A DNA stretch of 64,000 nt, taken from contig CALFZO010000053.1 in assembly GCA_937952305.1 (NCBI GenBank), positions 14,401-78,400 on the forward strand, in the 5' to 3' direction. Source of the DNA: an uncultured Anaerolineales bacterium. GTDB lineage: Bacteria > Chloroflexota > Anaerolineae > Anaerolineales > UBA6663. A program made the position numbers and the translations under genes. A model generated the notes under the pieces. The model was not told where the DNA came from. It saw only the letters and a program-made list of their open reading frames with translations, and made no database searches. Shown here piece after piece: positions 1-12,273 of the stretch (the stretch's first letter is position 1; each line of letters begins with the position of its first letter).

Positions 1-1834
1 CGATGGCGGCATTCAACGCCAGCAGATTGGTCTGCGCGGCGATGTCGTCGATGGTCTCCACCACGGCGCCGATCTGTCCGGACCGCTTGCCCAATTCCTT
101 GACGCGGGCCGCCAGCTGCCCGGTGGCCGTGCGGACACGGCCCATGCCCTCGACGCTCTGCGCGGCCAGGCGCTGGCCCTCGCCGGCCGCCTGGGCCGAG
201 TCGGCGGCGGCCTGCGCCATCGTCTGGGTAGCGGCCAACACGGTCGTGAGGCTGGTGTCCAGCCCGGACTGGGCGCGCGCGGCCTGGGTCATCTGGCCGG
301 CCTGGGCCTGGGCGCCTTCGCGGATGCCGGCGACGGCGCCCGCCAACTGCCCCATGACCGCCGAGGTGGTGGCGACCGCGCCGGCCTGTTCCTGCGCGCC
401 CTTGGCCACGCCGTCGATGGCGCGCTTCATCTGCTCCACGGACGCCGCCGTGCGCGTGATGCTCTCGGTCTGCTGGCCGGCGCCGTGCGCGACCTGCTGC
501 ATGGTGGTCGATATCTGCCCGGTAGCATCGCCGGCCTGGGTGGCGGCGGAAGCGAGTTCAGCCGAGGTCTGGGCCAGGGCCTGCGCGTCCTGGGCCACCT
601 GGCCGATGATCTGGCGCAGGCTGGTCAGCATGGCGGCGAAAGCCAGGCCGAGCTCGTCGCGTTCGCCGCGCACCGTCAGCGCCACCGTCAGATCACCGCG
701 CGCTACGCGGCCGGTCGTATCGGCTAGTTCTTGGAGGTAGCGCTCGGCAGTGGCCAGGGCGCGGCCCAACACGCCGATCTCGTCTCGGCGCCGGACGACG
801 GCCTCCTTGGCGCCGGCCCCTTGATTGCGATTGAGGTCGCCCTGGGCGATATTGTTCAGCGTGCCCATCATCGTCACCAGCGGCGCGGTCAGTCGCTGAG
901 AAATCCACACGGCCAACAGAACAACCACCACCGCCAGGGCGACCGTCAGGATCAGCATGAGGTTGGCCAGCTGGCTGACCGCGCCATAGGCCTCGGCCGC
1001 ATCCTGCTCGACAATGACGGCCCAGCCGGTCTGCGCCACTGGGGCGTAGGCGCCCAGGACCGCCACGCCGCGATAGTCTGGATACTCGGCGAAGCCGGTT
1101 TCGCCGGCCAGGCCAGCCCGGGCCGCCGGCGTGTCGACGTTCAACTCCAGCTCGGCTCGCTCGCGCACCAGGCCGGCCGCGATCAGATCCTCGGTGAAGC
1201 GCGAGGGTGTGATGAAGTAGCCGGCCGAGTTGATCAGGTAGGCCTCCCCCGTCGCGCCAAGGCGGGCCGAGGCTAGTTGCTCGAACAGGGTCTCGGTGCT
1301 GATGGAACCAGCCACCATGCCGATGATGCGGCCCTGCAGCCGGATGGGCACGGCCAGCACAAAGACCGGGTGGCCGGTCGCCTTCGAGATCAGCACATCG
1401 GAAATGTAGGTCTCACCGGCCATCGCCTGTGTGAAGTAAGCGCGTTCGCCGACATTGAGGAGAGCGCCGGCGTTTGTAGCCACCATCTGGCCAGTGGCAT
1501 CTGTTACAAACAGGCTCTCAAATTCGGTCCAGCGTGTGCTGGCATTCCGGATCAAAGGTTCCACTTGGACCGGATTCAGGCTTTGGATCTCGCTGTCTTC
1601 AGCCAGCACCTCGAGATCGTGTGTCCAGCCGGTCAGGGATTGGTCGACCATGTCGGCGTGCAGGGCGGCCAGGCTGGCCAGGGCGCCGGAGGTCTGCATC
1701 TGGAGCGCCTGCTGGCTCTGCCAGTAAGCCACTAGGCTGACCACGATCAAGGGGATCAGCGACAGGCCCAGAAACAGGGCCAGGAACTGGGCCCGCAGTG
1801 AATGCCAGAAGGAAATCCGTTCAGTGTACGTCAT
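1..1834 (-). CDS. Methyl-accepting chemotaxis protein, C-terminus cut by window edge (Cache-like sensor + HAMP + MA domain)
   Basis: Absent from the ORF track because it runs off the left edge. My minus-strand translation from ATG at 1834 (GGGAG about 8 nt upstream) gives MTYTERISFWHSLRAQFLALFLGLSLIPLIVVSLVAYWQSQQAL. It continues with a Cache-like stretch TDATGQMVATNAGALLNVGERAYFTQAMAGETYISDVLISKATGHPVFVLAVPI, a second TM, HAMP, and an MA domain ending [23 protein letters not shown] at base 2. Confidence 0.9.
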   Translation of the reverse strand, partial: MTYTERISFWHSLRAQFLALFLGLSLIPLIVVSLVAYWQSQQALQMQTSGALASLAALHADMVDQSLTGWTHDLEVLAEDSEIQSLNPVQVEPLIRNASTRWTEFESLFVTDATGQMVATNAGALLNVGERAYFTQAMAGETYISDVLISKATGHPVFVLAVPIRLQGRIIGMVAGSISTETLFEQLASARLGATGEAYLINSAGYFITPSRFTEDLIAAGLVRERAELELNVDTPAARAGLAGETGFAEYPDYRGVAVLGAYAPVAQTGWAVIVEQDAAEAYGAVSQLANLMLILTVALAVVVVLLAVWISQRLTAPLVTMMGTLNNIAQGDLNRNQGAGAKEAVVRRRDEIGVLGRALATAERYLQELADTTGRVARGDLTVALTVRGERDELGLAFAAMLTSLRQIIGQVAQDAQALAQTSAELASAATQAGDATGQISTTMQQVAHGAGQQTESITRTAASVEQMKRAIDGVAKGAQEQAGAVATTSAVMGQLAGAVAGIREGAQAQAGQMTQAARAQSGLDTSLTTVLAATQTMAQAAADSAQAAGEGQRLAAQSVEGMGRVRTATGQLAARVKELGKRSGQIGAVVETIDDIAAQTNLLALNAAI

Positions 1835-1909
1835 GATGGTTGCTCCCGCTCAATCAGTGTGGGCCGCGGCATCCCCCGTCATCCCTGCGGTTAGAAAGCT
1901 CATGTTTCG

Positions 1910-4174
1910 TCAGTTCGCCCAGATCCCGGCCGGTACCGGCGCGGCGGCCGCCCGGGCCGCGGCGGCGGGTTCGTCCAGGCTGAGGGCCGCACCGTCCGCC
2001 AGCTGGAAGTGCGCCACGGCCGTCTGCAGGCTGGCGGCCAGCCCCGTCAACGATTGGACCGAGTCGGCCACAGCCTGAACCTGGGTGGTGACGACCTGCG
2101 CCGATTGGGCGATCTCTCCGGCCGCAGTCGAATTAGCGGCGCTGACCTGGGTGATGCCGTCAATGGCCTGGATCGCCCGCTCGGCTTCGGCGGCCATCCC
2201 CTGCGCGGCCGCGGAGTTCTGTTCCACGACGCCGTGCACGTTGGCCAGGCTGTCGACGAGGTGCTGGTTCATCTCGCCCATGCTGCGGGCGGCCGCCTGG
2301 TACTCAGCGGCCAACGCCAGGAGATCGCGCACGGTCGCGCTCAACGCCTGGCTCGCGCCCTCCATATCGACAACGGAGGCGCGCGCTTGCTTGACCTCGC
2401 CGGCCGTGGCCTGGGCCGCGTGGGCGATCGTGCGGAACGCCTCACCGGCGCGATCCGTCAGCGCCGCGGCGGCGCTCACATCGGCGCCGGCCTGCCCCAT
2501 CGCGGTCACGGCTTCGCCGGCCTCGGCCTGGACACGCCGGATCATGGTCGTGATTTCCCGGGTGGCCTGCGCCGAGCGCTCGGCCAATTTGCGCACTTCA
2601 TCCGCGACCACGGCGAAGCCCAGCCCGTGTTCACCTGCCCGGGCCGCCTCGATGGCGGCATTGAGCGCCAGCAGGTTGGTCTGGGCGGCGATATCGTCGA
2701 TCGTCTCCACGATCGCGCCGATCTGGCCGGATTGCTGCCCCAGTTCCCGCACCCGTTCGGCCAGGACATCGGTGGCCGCGCGGACCCTGGCCATACCGGC
2801 CACGGTCTGCTCCACCAGCTCGACGCCCTGCGCCGCAAACTCAGCCGAGCGGTCGGCTTCGACCGCGACCCCGGCCACGGTGGCCGTCACCGTCGCCAGG
2901 TCGACATCCAGCTCGGTCCGCACCGCATCGGCCCGCTGCAGGCCCGCGGTCTGCTCGGCGGCGATATCGCGCAGCCCCCACACCGCCTGGGACAGGTTGC
3001 CCATCAGCGCGTTGGCGTCCGCCACAGCCGCAGCCTGGTCGCGGGAACCACTGGCGACCTGGTCGATCGTCTGGCGCATGGCCTGCATGGCGGTCGTGGT
3101 GCCGGTAAGATTGTCGGCCTGCTCGGTGATCCCGTGCGCCATCTGGCCGATGACCAGGCCGATCTGGCGCGCGTCCTGGCCGGCATGGGCGGCCGCCACG
3201 GCCAAGCGCGTGGAGGCCGAGCGGACTTCGTTGGCGCCGTCCGCCACCTGCGCCACCGATTGCTGCAGGCCAGCCGCCATGGTCGCAAAGGCCCGGCCCG
3301 TGGCGCGCAGCTCTTCCACCAGGCGATTGTGGGCGCGGGCCATCTGGCCGATCTCGTCGCCGGAGTCAACGGCCACAGTCTCGGCCGTCACGTAAACGGT
3401 CTGGGTCAAATCACCGCGCGCCAGGGCCTCGGCCGCCGCCGTCAAGCGCTGGAGGTCGCCGTTCGTGATCTGTTCGACCTGGCGCGTGAGGACGGCCACC
3501 GGCCGGGCGATCAGCCGGGCCATCACGGCGCCCAGGCCAGCCGCAATCGGCAGGAGGACGACGAAGATCAGCAGGGACCCCTGGAGGGCTTGCCGCTCAC
3601 GCGTCAGCAGCAGATCGGCGGCGATATCGATGCCCAGCACGGCCTCGCGCCGGCCGGCGGCGTCGAAAACCGGCGCATAGCCGGTGAACCAGACGCCCCA
3701 CTCGTCCGTGTAGAAGTCCGGCTCAACGGCCGGCTCCATCAGCGTGGCAAAGTGGGCCTGCAGCCACGGGCTGGCGCTGTCATACGCGTCGCCGATGGCG
3801 CTGCCCGTTTCGGCATCGGTGTCCAGGACAAAGTAGGTGTTTCCGGCCGCATCCTGGCGCAGCGTGTAGATGTAGGCGATGTCGGGAGCCGCCGCGGCCA
3901 CCTGGCGGAGCTGCTGCAGCAGGCCGGAGTAGTCAGGCCCGGCCTGATCGGCCGCCGTCTGCAGCCGGGCGTGCGCGTCGCCGTCGACCTGCACGGCCAC
4001 GGTTGCGGCCAGGTCGCGCAGGCGGCTCTCCAGGTCCTGGCGCATCTGGGCTCGCAACATCCCGAAGAGCACGGCCACAAAGAGGGTGGCGGCGCCCAGC
4101 GTAGCCAGGATGTAGCTGGCGGAGAGTTTGACTCCCAATCGCAAGCTCTTGAAAAAACTGATGATCGTCATCAT
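1910..4174 (-). CDS. Methyl-accepting chemotaxis protein (TM, periplasmic sensor, TM, HAMP, MA)
   Basis: ORF 1910..4294 trimmed to ATG 4174 ([27 protein letters not shown]). The longer N-terminus is R/P-rich and overlaps the upstream MCP stop at 4200. Tip motif is [34 protein letters not shown]. Confidence 0.9.
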   Translation of the reverse strand: MMTIISFFKSLRLGVKLSASYILATLGAATLFVAVLFGMLRAQMRQDLESRLRDLAATVAVQVDGDAHARLQTAADQAGPDYSGLLQQLRQVAAAAPDIAYIYTLRQDAAGNTYFVLDTDAETGSAIGDAYDSASPWLQAHFATLMEPAVEPDFYTDEWGVWFTGYAPVFDAAGRREAVLGIDIAADLLLTRERQALQGSLLIFVVLLPIAAGLGAVMARLIARPVAVLTRQVEQITNGDLQRLTAAAEALARGDLTQTVYVTAETVAVDSGDEIGQMARAHNRLVEELRATGRAFATMAAGLQQSVAQVADGANEVRSASTRLAVAAAHAGQDARQIGLVIGQMAHGITEQADNLTGTTTAMQAMRQTIDQVASGSRDQAAAVADANALMGNLSQAVWGLRDIAAEQTAGLQRADAVRTELDVDLATVTATVAGVAVEADRSAEFAAQGVELVEQTVAGMARVRAATDVLAERVRELGQQSGQIGAIVETIDDIAAQTNLLALNAAIEAARAGEHGLGFAVVADEVRKLAERSAQATREITTMIRRVQAEAGEAVTAMGQAGADVSAAAALTDRAGEAFRTIAHAAQATAGEVKQARASVVDMEGASQALSATVRDLLALAAEYQAAARSMGEMNQHLVDSLANVHGVVEQNSAAAQGMAAEAERAIQAIDGITQVSAANSTAAGEIAQSAQVVTTQVQAVADSVQSLTGLAASLQTAVAHFQLADGAALSLDEPAAAARAAAAPVPAGIWAN

Positions 4175-4199
4175 AGTTGGGACCCAAGCGAACAGCGGC

Positions 4200-6425
4200 T
4201 TACCAGCGGTCGGGCGCTCCAGCGAGGACCGGCTGGGCGGCGGCCGGCTGCGGCCGCCCGTTGACAGGCGGCAGCGGCGCGGCGGCCGGCTCACCCAGGC
4301 GGAAGCGCTGCACGGCGGTCTGGAGCGCGCCGGCCATCGCCGCCACCGACAGGGCGGCGTCCGAGACGGACTGCGCCTGGGCGCTCATCTGCTCGGCGCT
4401 GGCGCTCACTTCTTCCACGGCGGCGCTGTTCTCCTCGCTCACGCTGGCGATGTTCTCAATGGAGTGGCTGACCTGGCTGGCGTTCGCCGACATCTCTTCG
4501 GCCGAGGCCGAGTTCTGCTCGATCACGGCGCTGACGTTATCCAGGCCGGCGGTCACCCGGCTGTTCAGCTCGTTCATCAGGTCAGCGGCCTGGCGGTTAT
4601 GCGCGGCCCGCTGGCCGGCCTCGGTTACGGCGCTCCCCAGCGCCTGGCTGGAGGCCGCCATCTCCTGGACGGCGGTCTGGATCGCCTGAACCTGGGTCAG
4701 GAGGGTGTGGGTCTCGGCCGCGATCGCCTGGAAGGCGGAGCCGGCGGCGGCGGTGGCGTCCGTGGCCGCACTCACATCGGCGCCGGCCGACTGCATCGCC
4801 GTCACGACCTCGCCGGTGCCAGCCTGCACCTGACGGATCATGTCGCCGATCTCCTTGGTGGCCTGGGCGGAGCGCTCGGCCAGCTTGCGCACCTCTTCCG
4901 CCACCACGGCGAAGCCCAACCCGTGTTCGCCGGCTCGGGCGGCCTCAATCGCGGCGTTGAGGGCGAGCAGGTTGGTCTGCGCGGCGATATCGTCGATCGT
5001 CTCCACGATGGCGCCGATCTGGCCGGTACGCCGGCCCAGGTCCCGCACGTGCTGGGCGAGCGCGCTGGTGGCTTCACGGACGCGCTCCATCCCGGCTGTG
5101 CTTTGGGCCGCCAGCTGCGTGCCGCCGCCGGCGGACTGGGTCGACTGTTCGGCGACGCCGGCCACGGCGCGCGTGGCGGCTTCCACCGCGCTCAAGTTGT
5201 TGCTGAGGTTGGCGTGGGCCGCCAGGGCGCGCTGCATGTCAGCGGCCTGGGCCTGCGCCCCGCGCCGAAGATCGTCCACGGCGGTCGCCAGCTGGTTCAT
5301 GGCGGCCGCGGTGGCGGCGGCGGCCCGGGCCTGCTCCTGCGAGCCTTGGGCCACGCCGTCGATGGCGCGCCGCATCTGCTCGACGGACGAAGCCGTCTGC
5401 GTGACGCTGGTGGACTGTTGGGTGGCGCCATGCGCGATCTGCTGCATGGTGAGACTGATCTGGTTCGTGGCCTGGCCGGCCTGGTCCGCGGCATCCGCCA
5501 GACTGGCCGAGGCGCCCTGCAGCTGGTGGGCGTTGTCCTGGACCTCGTGCAGGGTCGCGCGCAGGGAGGCCAGCATCTGGGCGAAGGCCCGTCCGAGCGC
5601 ATCGTGCTCGGAGCGCGGCTGGACCTCCACGGTCAGGTCGCCGGCAGCCAGGCGCGCCGCCGCGTGCGCCATGGCCTGGAGGTACGCGATCATGTCCTGG
5701 AAAGCGCGGGCCATCACGCCGGTCTCATCCTGAGACATGACGGTGATGGTCTGGTCGACATCGCCCAGCGCCAGGCGTTGGGCGGCGCCGGTCACGGCCG
5801 TGATCGGCCGCGCCAGGCGGGCGGCCAGGATGAGCGCCACCGCCACCGCCACGGCCAGGACCACCGCCGCGACCGCGAGACCCAGCCAGCCGATCTGGCC
5901 GACCGAGGTCTCGGCCGCGTCGAGGGAGTTGTTCGCTTCTAATTCGACCGCCGCCATGACCACATCCAGGCGATCGGTGAGCGCGTCCCCAGCCACGTCG
6001 AAGACCTCCATAGCCGCATTGCCGGCAGCCAGGCCGTCGTCGATATAGGCCTGGGCCATGGCGCGCCCGTCGGTGTAGAAGGTTTCAAATGACGCCCCGA
6101 GCGCGTCGAACTGGGCCTGGTCGTGCGGGTGCAGCGCCGCGAGTTCGGCCAGTTTCTGGCGGAAATCCGCGGCGTACCGTTCCGCGTCGGCGAAGCCACC
6201 GGGGTCATGGGTGGCGCTGACATCGGTCAACCATTGCCAGACCTGGCTGACGTCGAACTTGATGGCCTGCGCCAGCATGGCGGCGTTGTAGCCGTCGCGG
6301 CGAGCCAGCTCCATGGCGGTCATACTGCGCTGCGCCAGCGTCCAATTGACGACCACCTGCGCGAGCATCAGCGCCAACACCAGGCCAAAGCCGGCCAGGA
6401 TCTTGGATCGAATCGACCACTGCAT
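4200..6425 (-). CDS. Methyl-accepting chemotaxis protein (helical-bundle type sensor, HAMP, MA)
   Basis: ORF 4200..6551 trimmed to ATG 6425 ([28 protein letters not shown]), just downstream of the previous stop at 6448. Tip motif is [34 protein letters not shown]. Confidence 0.9.
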   Translation of the reverse strand: MQWSIRSKILAGFGLVLALMLAQVVVNWTLAQRSMTAMELARRDGYNAAMLAQAIKFDVSQVWQWLTDVSATHDPGGFADAERYAADFRQKLAELAALHPHDQAQFDALGASFETFYTDGRAMAQAYIDDGLAAGNAAMEVFDVAGDALTDRLDVVMAAVELEANNSLDAAETSVGQIGWLGLAVAAVVLAVAVAVALILAARLARPITAVTGAAQRLALGDVDQTITVMSQDETGVMARAFQDMIAYLQAMAHAAARLAAGDLTVEVQPRSEHDALGRAFAQMLASLRATLHEVQDNAHQLQGASASLADAADQAGQATNQISLTMQQIAHGATQQSTSVTQTASSVEQMRRAIDGVAQGSQEQARAAAATAAAMNQLATAVDDLRRGAQAQAADMQRALAAHANLSNNLSAVEAATRAVAGVAEQSTQSAGGGTQLAAQSTAGMERVREATSALAQHVRDLGRRTGQIGAIVETIDDIAAQTNLLALNAAIEAARAGEHGLGFAVVAEEVRKLAERSAQATKEIGDMIRQVQAGTGEVVTAMQSAGADVSAATDATAAAGSAFQAIAAETHTLLTQVQAIQTAVQEMAASSQALGSAVTEAGQRAAHNRQAADLMNELNSRVTAGLDNVSAVIEQNSASAEEMSANASQVSHSIENIASVSEENSAAVEEVSASAEQMSAQAQSVSDAALSVAAMAGALQTAVQRFRLGEPAAAPLPPVNGRPQPAAAQPVLAGAPDRW

Positions 6426-6447
6426 AAAGTCCTCTTCGAGGCCGGCC

Positions 6448-9400
6448 TCAATGGGCGCGGCCGTTGCCGTTGGCCGGGTAGGCGGCCACGGGCACCGCCA
6501 CGGCCGGAGCCGGATAGGCCGCCACCGAAGCGGCCTGAGGCGCCACAGCACAGGCCTGCTTCAGGGCATCCAGGGCCGCCACCACCTGGCGCGAGGCCGC
6601 GCGCAGTTGTTCCAGGGCGCTAGCCGCGACCGCGGCCTGGCCGGCAGTGTGAGCGACGACCAAGGTGCGCAGGGCGCGGTGCACGGCCTCGTGCGGCACG
6701 GCCACGGCGCCGAACTCAGGCAGATGCCCGCAATCCCGCTGGCCGCGGCCGGCATACCAATGCCCCAGGGCGCACTCGGTGTGGGTCTGCACGTCGGACT
6801 CGCGGATCACGTGCCCGCCCTGCAGCATCGTCTCGGCGCGCTTGACCCAGTTCAGGTGGGCGCGCTTGAAGGTTTCAACCATGTCCGCGCTGATGGCCGA
6901 GTGCTCTTCCAGCGTGAACTGCCCCACCACCTGCTTGAGGGCCTGGGCCATCTCCGCCAGCGACTGGGCGGAGGCGGACACTTCTTCCACCTGAGCCGTC
7001 ATCTCCTCGGCGCTGGCGCTGACTTCTTCCACAGCGGCGCTGTTCTCTTCCGAGACGCTGGCGATATTCTCGATCGAATGCGTGACCTCGGAGGCGCTGG
7101 CCGCCATCTGCTCGGTGGCGGCCGTGTTCTGCTCGACGACGGCGCCGACGTTATCCAGGCTGGCGACCACCTGGTCATTGAGCGTGCCCATGCCATCGGC
7201 GGCGGCGCGGTTCTGCTGCGCCACCCGGCCGGCCTCGGCCACAGCCTGGTCCAAGGCCTGGTTGGAGCGCGTCAGCGCGGCGACGGCCGTCTCGATGGCT
7301 TTGACCTGCCCCAGGAGGGTCTCGGTGCCGGCCGCAATCTCGCCGAAAGCTGAGCCGGCCGACTCGGTGGCGCCGGCGGCCGTAACGACATCGGCGCCGG
7401 CCTGCTGCATCACCGCCACCACCTCACCGGCACCGGACTGCACGGCCCGGATCATGTCGCCGATCTCCTTGGTGGCCTGGGCCGAGCGCTCGGCCAGCTT
7501 CCGCACCTCGTCCGCCACCACCGCAAAGCCCTTGCCGTGCTGGCCGGCCCGGGCCGCCTCGATCGCGGCGTTGAGGGCCAGCAGGTTGGTCTGCGAGGCG
7601 ATATCGTCGATGGTCTCCACGATGGCGCCGATCTGACCGGAGCGTTTGCCCAGGTCACGCACGCGGCCGGCCAACTGCTCGGTCGTCCCGCGCACCCGTT
7701 CCATGCTGGCGCGGCTGGCTCCGGCCAGCCGGGTGCCTTCGGCGGCGGCCCGGGCCGAACGGGCGGCGGCCTCGGCCACGCTCCCGGCGGCAGCCTCCAT
7801 CGCGCCCAGGCTCTGGCGCGCCTCCGCCTGGGCGCTCTCGGCGCGCTGGGCGCCTTCGGCCTGAGCGACCGCGCCGGTGCGGATGCCGGCGGTGGCGCTG
7901 GCCAACTGGCCCATCGTCGAGGCAGTCGCGGCCACAGCGTGCGCCTGCTCTTGAGCCCCCTTGGCGACGCCGTCGATGGCGCGGCGCAGTTCTTCCACGG
8001 ACACAGCCGTGCGCGTGATGCTGTCTGACTGCTGGGACGAGCCGCGCGCCACCTGCTGCATCGTCAGGCTGATTTGCGACGTCGCCCGGCCCGCCTCGTC
8101 GGCGGCGGACGCCAGTTGGCCGGCCGCCGCTTCCAGCCCGTAGGCGTTCTCAGCCACTTCCTTCATCAGTTGGCGCAGGTTATCGGTCATGGCGCGAAAT
8201 TCGCCGCCGACATCGTGCAGGCGCGCGATGACGGCGTTGAAAGCCTCGCCGAGCTGCCCAAACTCGTCGCGCGAGCGGACGGCGAGGCGCTCGGTGGAAA
8301 CCGTCAGCACGCGGGTCAGGTCGCCGCGCGCCAGCAAGCCCAGCTCATTGGCCAGGGTCGGCAGATCGGTCTCGGCGATGCGGCGAGCCGTGGTCACCGT
8401 TTGGCGCAGGTCTTCCGTAGCGGAGAAGTAGAACCCGCCGAACATCCAGAAGGCCAGCCCAATCGCCACGACGGTCAGGCCGACAACGACCGCCAGGTTC
8501 CAGGTGCCGGCGGCGATGCGCGCTTCCAGCAGCTGATCGAGCGCGTCCGACAGCGTGCCGACCAGCTCAAACTGGTGATCGATCGCCACCGTGGCCGCTT
8601 GAAAGTACTCGTCCGTAGTGAGCGTGACGGTGCTGGCGCCGATCAATTGGTTGTCCAACAGGTCCAGGAAGAGGCGCGTTTCGTCGTCGACGGCCGCGAG
8701 GGGCGCCGCGAGCGACTCGGCCAGAGCCGGGTTGTAGGCCAGGGCCCGCGCCAGGCCGTCGGCGCCGGCCGCGGCCGAGACACGCGCCAGCTGCGCGAGC
8801 AGCGTCAGTTGGGCGCGCAGATCCGGGGAGAGTTCACCGCTGGCGATGGCGCCCGAACCAAGAGCGCGCGCCTGGCCGAGGTACTCCGTGGTCTGGGGGA
8901 AGTTGACGACGATTGCGTCGATCAGGTAGTACGTGTCGACAGCCGGGTCGAGCGTCAGGCCGGACGCATCGGCGACGGCGGTGCGGAACTGCAGGAGTTG
9001 CCGCACCAGTTCGGTGTGGCGCGTGAAGCTCTCGGCGGCCGGAAGCGTCTCAACTTCGGCCTGCAGCACCTGCCAGGCCTGCTTCACCTCGGACCAGGCC
9101 GCGCTCGTCTGGAACTCCTGGCCGGACTGTTGATCCAGAACTTCCAACGCGCTCAGGTCCTCGGCGATGAGGGCCTGTTTCTGGAGCATGACGTCGCGAT
9201 AGGTCGCATCGCCCTTCAGGAACGTGGCGGCCGCGCCGCGATGCTGCTGCACATGCTGGATCAGGGCCAGCACAGGCCGCAGATAGGCGCTGCCGGCGAG
9301 CTCGCGGCGCGCGATCTGAATATCGCTATTGAGCGTCGTCACCAAGTTATAGGCGAAGAAGGCCAGCGGCAGCGAGAAGATCGCGGCCAGAACCAGGAGC

Positions 9401-9462
9401 TTGCGCGAGAACGCCAGGCGCGCCATGAGCGCCATCGGCACACCGAACACGATGCGTTGCAT
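6448..9462 (-). CDS. Methyl-accepting chemotaxis protein with N-terminal NIT-like sensor and C-terminal CZB zinc-binding domain
   Basis: ORF 6448..9480 starts on GTG. I prefer ATG 9462 ([18 protein letters not shown]), which has AGGA 8 nt upstream. NIT-like signature [25 protein letters not shown] tip [35 protein letters not shown]-terminus [37 protein letters not shown]...PHEAVH fits the CZB H..W / C.LG.W / H...H pattern. Confidence 0.9.
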   Translation of the reverse strand: MQRIVFGVPMALMARLAFSRKLLVLAAIFSLPLAFFAYNLVTTLNSDIQIARRELAGSAYLRPVLALIQHVQQHRGAAATFLKGDATYRDVMLQKQALIAEDLSALEVLDQQSGQEFQTSAAWSEVKQAWQVLQAEVETLPAAESFTRHTELVRQLLQFRTAVADASGLTLDPAVDTYYLIDAIVVNFPQTTEYLGQARALGSGAIASGELSPDLRAQLTLLAQLARVSAAAGADGLARALAYNPALAESLAAPLAAVDDETRLFLDLLDNQLIGASTVTLTTDEYFQAATVAIDHQFELVGTLSDALDQLLEARIAAGTWNLAVVVGLTVVAIGLAFWMFGGFYFSATEDLRQTVTTARRIAETDLPTLANELGLLARGDLTRVLTVSTERLAVRSRDEFGQLGEAFNAVIARLHDVGGEFRAMTDNLRQLMKEVAENAYGLEAAAGQLASAADEAGRATSQISLTMQQVARGSSQQSDSITRTAVSVEELRRAIDGVAKGAQEQAHAVAATASTMGQLASATAGIRTGAVAQAEGAQRAESAQAEARQSLGAMEAAAGSVAEAAARSARAAAEGTRLAGASRASMERVRGTTEQLAGRVRDLGKRSGQIGAIVETIDDIASQTNLLALNAAIEAARAGQHGKGFAVVADEVRKLAERSAQATKEIGDMIRAVQSGAGEVVAVMQQAGADVVTAAGATESAGSAFGEIAAGTETLLGQVKAIETAVAALTRSNQALDQAVAEAGRVAQQNRAAADGMGTLNDQVVASLDNVGAVVEQNTAATEQMAASASEVTHSIENIASVSEENSAAVEEVSASAEEMTAQVEEVSASAQSLAEMAQALKQVVGQFTLEEHSAISADMVETFKRAHLNWVKRAETMLQGGHVIRESDVQTHTECALGHWYAGRGQRDCGHLPEFGAVAVPHEAVHRALRTLVVAHTAGQAAVAASALEQLRAASRQVVAALDALKQACAVAPQAASVAAYPAPAVAVPVAAYPANGNGRAH

Positions 9463-9531
9463 ATCGTCAGTCCTGTCCACGGCGCCGCCCAGCAGCGCCG
9501 CACTAAAAGTGCATGCCCCGGACGCGCGTCG

Positions 9532-11802
9532 CTAACGTCCGACGAGCGCCAGCGGCCGAGCCGCCGGCCGGCCGTTCGGCGCCGGGACCGGCCCCGGCGG
9601 CGCCAGCTCGGCCGCCAATTTGAAGCGCGCCACCACCGTCTGCAGTTCCTGGGCCAGGTCCGCCAGGGCCTGCGCCGAATCAGTCACCGACTGCACCTGC
9701 GCGCTCATCTGTTCGGCGCTGGCGCTGACCTGCTCGACCGCGGCACTGTTCTCCTCAGAGACGCTGGCGATGTTCTCCACCGACTGGGTCACCTCGCCGG
9801 CGCTGGCGGCCATCTCCTCCGTCGCCGCCGTGTTCTCTTCCACCACGGCGCTGAAGTTGTCCAGGCCAGCCACCACGCGGCCGTTCAAAGTGTTCATGGT
9901 ATCGGCGGTGCGGCGGTGCTCCGTGGCCAGGGCCCCCACCTGGTGCAGGGCCGTCTGCAGGGTGGTGCTGACGCGCTCCATATCCGCCACGGCCGCCTCA
10001 ATCGTGTTCACCTGCCCGCTCAGGCCCCGGGCTTCGGCCGCAATCGTCTGAAAAGCTGTGCCGGCGGCCGAGGTGGCGTCCACGGCCGTGCGCACATCGC
10101 CGCCGGCCGCCTGCATCGCGTCCACGACTTCCGCCGCCCCGGTCTGCACGAGCTTGATCATCGTGCCGATCTCCTGGGTGGCCTGGGTGGACCGTTCGGC
10201 CAGCTTGCGCACCTCGTCGGCCACGATGGCGAAGCCCTTACCGTGCTCGCCCGCCCGCGCCGCTTCGATGGCGGCGTTCAGAGCCAGCAGGTTGGTCTGG
10301 GAGGCGATGTCGTCGATGGTCTCGACGATCGAGCCCACCTGGCCAGTCCGCTTGCCCAGATCGCGGACGCGCGCGGCCAACTGCTCGGTCGTCGACTGCA
10401 CCCGCTGCATGTTGGCCATGCTCTGGGTCGCCAGGTGCGCGCCCTCACCGGCCGTCTGGGCGGCCTGGCCGACAGCCTGTACCGCGGCAGTGGTGGCCTG
10501 CCCCACCGCCGTCAGGCTGCGTTCCAGGCCGGCGTGCGCGGCCGTGGCCTGATCGACGGCCGTCGCCTGCGACTGGGTTCCGGTCCACAGCGAGCCCACC
10601 GCCTGGGCCAGCTCACCCATCACCGCCGAGGTCGCCGCGACAGCGTGGGCCTGCTCCTGGGCGCCCTTGGCAACGCCGTCAATCGCGCGCCGCATCTCCT
10701 CCATGGAGGCCGCGGTGCGCGCCACGCTCTGCGATTGCTGGTTGGCGCCGTTGGCGACCTGCTGCATCGTGACGCTGATCTGGTGGGTGGCCTGGCCCGC
10801 TTCCTCGGCCGCCCCGGCCAGGTCGCGGGAGGTCGCGGTCACGCGCCCGGCATTCCCGGCCACCTGGGTCAGCAGCGTGCGCAGGCTCACCGTCATCTGC
10901 GCGAAGGTCTGGCCGAAAGCATCGCGGTCGGAACGCGGCGTGACGTTCACCGTCAGGTCGCCGGCCTGCAGACGCGCCGCCACGGCCGTCATATCAGTCA
11001 GATACGCCACCATCGCCCGGAAGGCGCGTGCCAACTGGCCGATCTCGTCCTGGGTATCGAGGGCGATGGTCTGGTTCAGATCGCCGTCGGCGATAGCCGC
11101 CGCCGAGCGGGTCAGGGCCGCGACTGGGCGGGTGATGGCGCGCGCGATCACAACTCCCACCAGCACCACCAACACCGCCGTCAGTCCGGCGACCGCGAAC
11201 ATGCCCAGCTCGCTCTGCTGGATCATGGTCGTCGCCGCCACTTCGACAGTGGCGTTATGGGCGGTGGCCAGCGTCACGACTTCGTCGACGGCGGCGCGGT
11301 GGCGCTCATAAGCCGGCCGCAGCGCCGCCTGCTCAACCGCGCGCGCGGCCGCCAGGTCGCCCGCCAGCAGCGCCGGCAGGAAGCGGTCATCGCGCGCGGT
11401 GTAGAAAGCCAGGGCCGCCTCGGCCGCTGTCTTGACCATGGTGGTCTTGAGCTGCCCGTCCGGCAGGGCCGTCTGCCAATACTCCCACCGGGCCGTGTAT
11501 TCGGTGCGCAGGCGGTGCGCTTTATCCACCAGGCTGTTCAACGCCGCGGCGTCGGCTCCCGCTTCGGCTGCCTGCATCAACTCGAAGACGTTCAGGTAAG
11601 ACTCGATGATGTAAGCCGGCGGCGGCAGGATGTCGGCGATCAGGTCCTTGCCCTGGATGATCTCGGTGTAGAGCGGGCCATGCACCTTGACGGCGCGCAA
11701 GGCCAGGTACTCGCCGCCGGCCAGAAGCAAGAGGCCGGCCAGGCTCAGGCCGATCAGCAGATACAGTTTGCGGCCAATCGAGAGGTTGTTCAGCCAACGC
11801 AT
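9532..11802 (-). CDS. Methyl-accepting chemotaxis protein (helical periplasmic sensor, HAMP, MA)
   Basis: ORF 9532..11817 (GTG) trimmed to ATG 11802 ([27 protein letters not shown]), with GAGGAG 7 nt upstream. Tip motif is [34 protein letters not shown]. Confidence 0.9.
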   Translation of the reverse strand: MRWLNNLSIGRKLYLLIGLSLAGLLLLAGGEYLALRAVKVHGPLYTEIIQGKDLIADILPPPAYIIESYLNVFELMQAAEAGADAAALNSLVDKAHRLRTEYTARWEYWQTALPDGQLKTTMVKTAAEAALAFYTARDDRFLPALLAGDLAAARAVEQAALRPAYERHRAAVDEVVTLATAHNATVEVAATTMIQQSELGMFAVAGLTAVLVVLVGVVIARAITRPVAALTRSAAAIADGDLNQTIALDTQDEIGQLARAFRAMVAYLTDMTAVAARLQAGDLTVNVTPRSDRDAFGQTFAQMTVSLRTLLTQVAGNAGRVTATSRDLAGAAEEAGQATHQISVTMQQVANGANQQSQSVARTAASMEEMRRAIDGVAKGAQEQAHAVAATSAVMGELAQAVGSLWTGTQSQATAVDQATAAHAGLERSLTAVGQATTAAVQAVGQAAQTAGEGAHLATQSMANMQRVQSTTEQLAARVRDLGKRTGQVGSIVETIDDIASQTNLLALNAAIEAARAGEHGKGFAIVADEVRKLAERSTQATQEIGTMIKLVQTGAAEVVDAMQAAGGDVRTAVDATSAAGTAFQTIAAEARGLSGQVNTIEAAVADMERVSTTLQTALHQVGALATEHRRTADTMNTLNGRVVAGLDNFSAVVEENTAATEEMAASAGEVTQSVENIASVSEENSAAVEQVSASAEQMSAQVQSVTDSAQALADLAQELQTVVARFKLAAELAPPGPVPAPNGRPAARPLALVGR

Positions 11803-11841
11803 GCGCCCGCTCCTCACTCACACAGGAAACAATCAGTCTGT

Positions 11842-12201
11842 CTACGCCGGAACCGCCTGACGCAGCGTGTCGATCACCTTTTGCGTCGCCAACGGTTTGG
11901 TCAAACAGGTGTACGCCCCCAGACGCGTCGTTTCGAGCATGTCGCCCTGGCCAGCCTGGCCCGTGAACATCACCACCGGCAGCTTGGGCGCGACGCGCCG
12001 GATAATGCGCAGCGCGTTGATCCCGTCGAGGCGCGGCATGCGGATGTCCATCAGCACGCCGTCCCAGCCGCCATCCAGCACCTTGAGCACGGCCTCGACG
12101 CCGTCCAGGGCGATCCCGGTCTCATAGCGGGCCTGGCTGAGCTCGTCGGCCAGGTATTCGGCCAAGTCGCGTTCGTCGTCCACGATCAGTAACCGGGTCA
12201 T
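11842..12201 (-). CDS. Single-domain CheY-like response regulator (REC only)
   Basis: 119 aa: MTRLLIVDDERDLAEYLADELS...GVLMDIRMPRLDGINALRIIR...TKP. The acidic pocket DD, the phospho-acceptor D in LMDIRMP and the conserved K in TKP are all present. Confidence 0.9.
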   Translation of the reverse strand: MTRLLIVDDERDLAEYLADELSQARYETGIALDGVEAVLKVLDGGWDGVLMDIRMPRLDGINALRIIRRVAPKLPVVMFTGQAGQGDMLETTRLGAYTCLTKPLATQKVIDTLRQAVPA

Positions 12202-12273
12202 AGTGTGATTTCCTTGGTGGCCGGCGCCGGGCCAGGGTGAGGCCGGGCGGCGACCGGAAAAGCAGGGAGCGTC

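Noticed and set aside
3-740. Plus-strand ORF of 245 aa at the window start.
   Set aside because: It is antisense to the partial MCP (1..1834, minus), whose translation gives a textbook MA domain. The plus-frame product is an A/S/C/W/R-rich non-protein-like sequence.
8074-12192. Very long plus-strand ORF (1372 aa) and similar giants: 2009..4264, 4128..5942, 15569..17683 and 29376..31610 on plus, and 40509..41993, 46050..47954 and 55924..58485 on minus.
   Set aside because: Their translations are low-complexity and rich in R/G/A/H/P, with no recognisable motifs. Each lies antisense to genes with unmistakable domain signatures (MCP, CheA, REC, sensor paralogues, SpoIIE). Stop-poor antisense frames are expected in very GC-rich DNA, so these are shadow ORFs.
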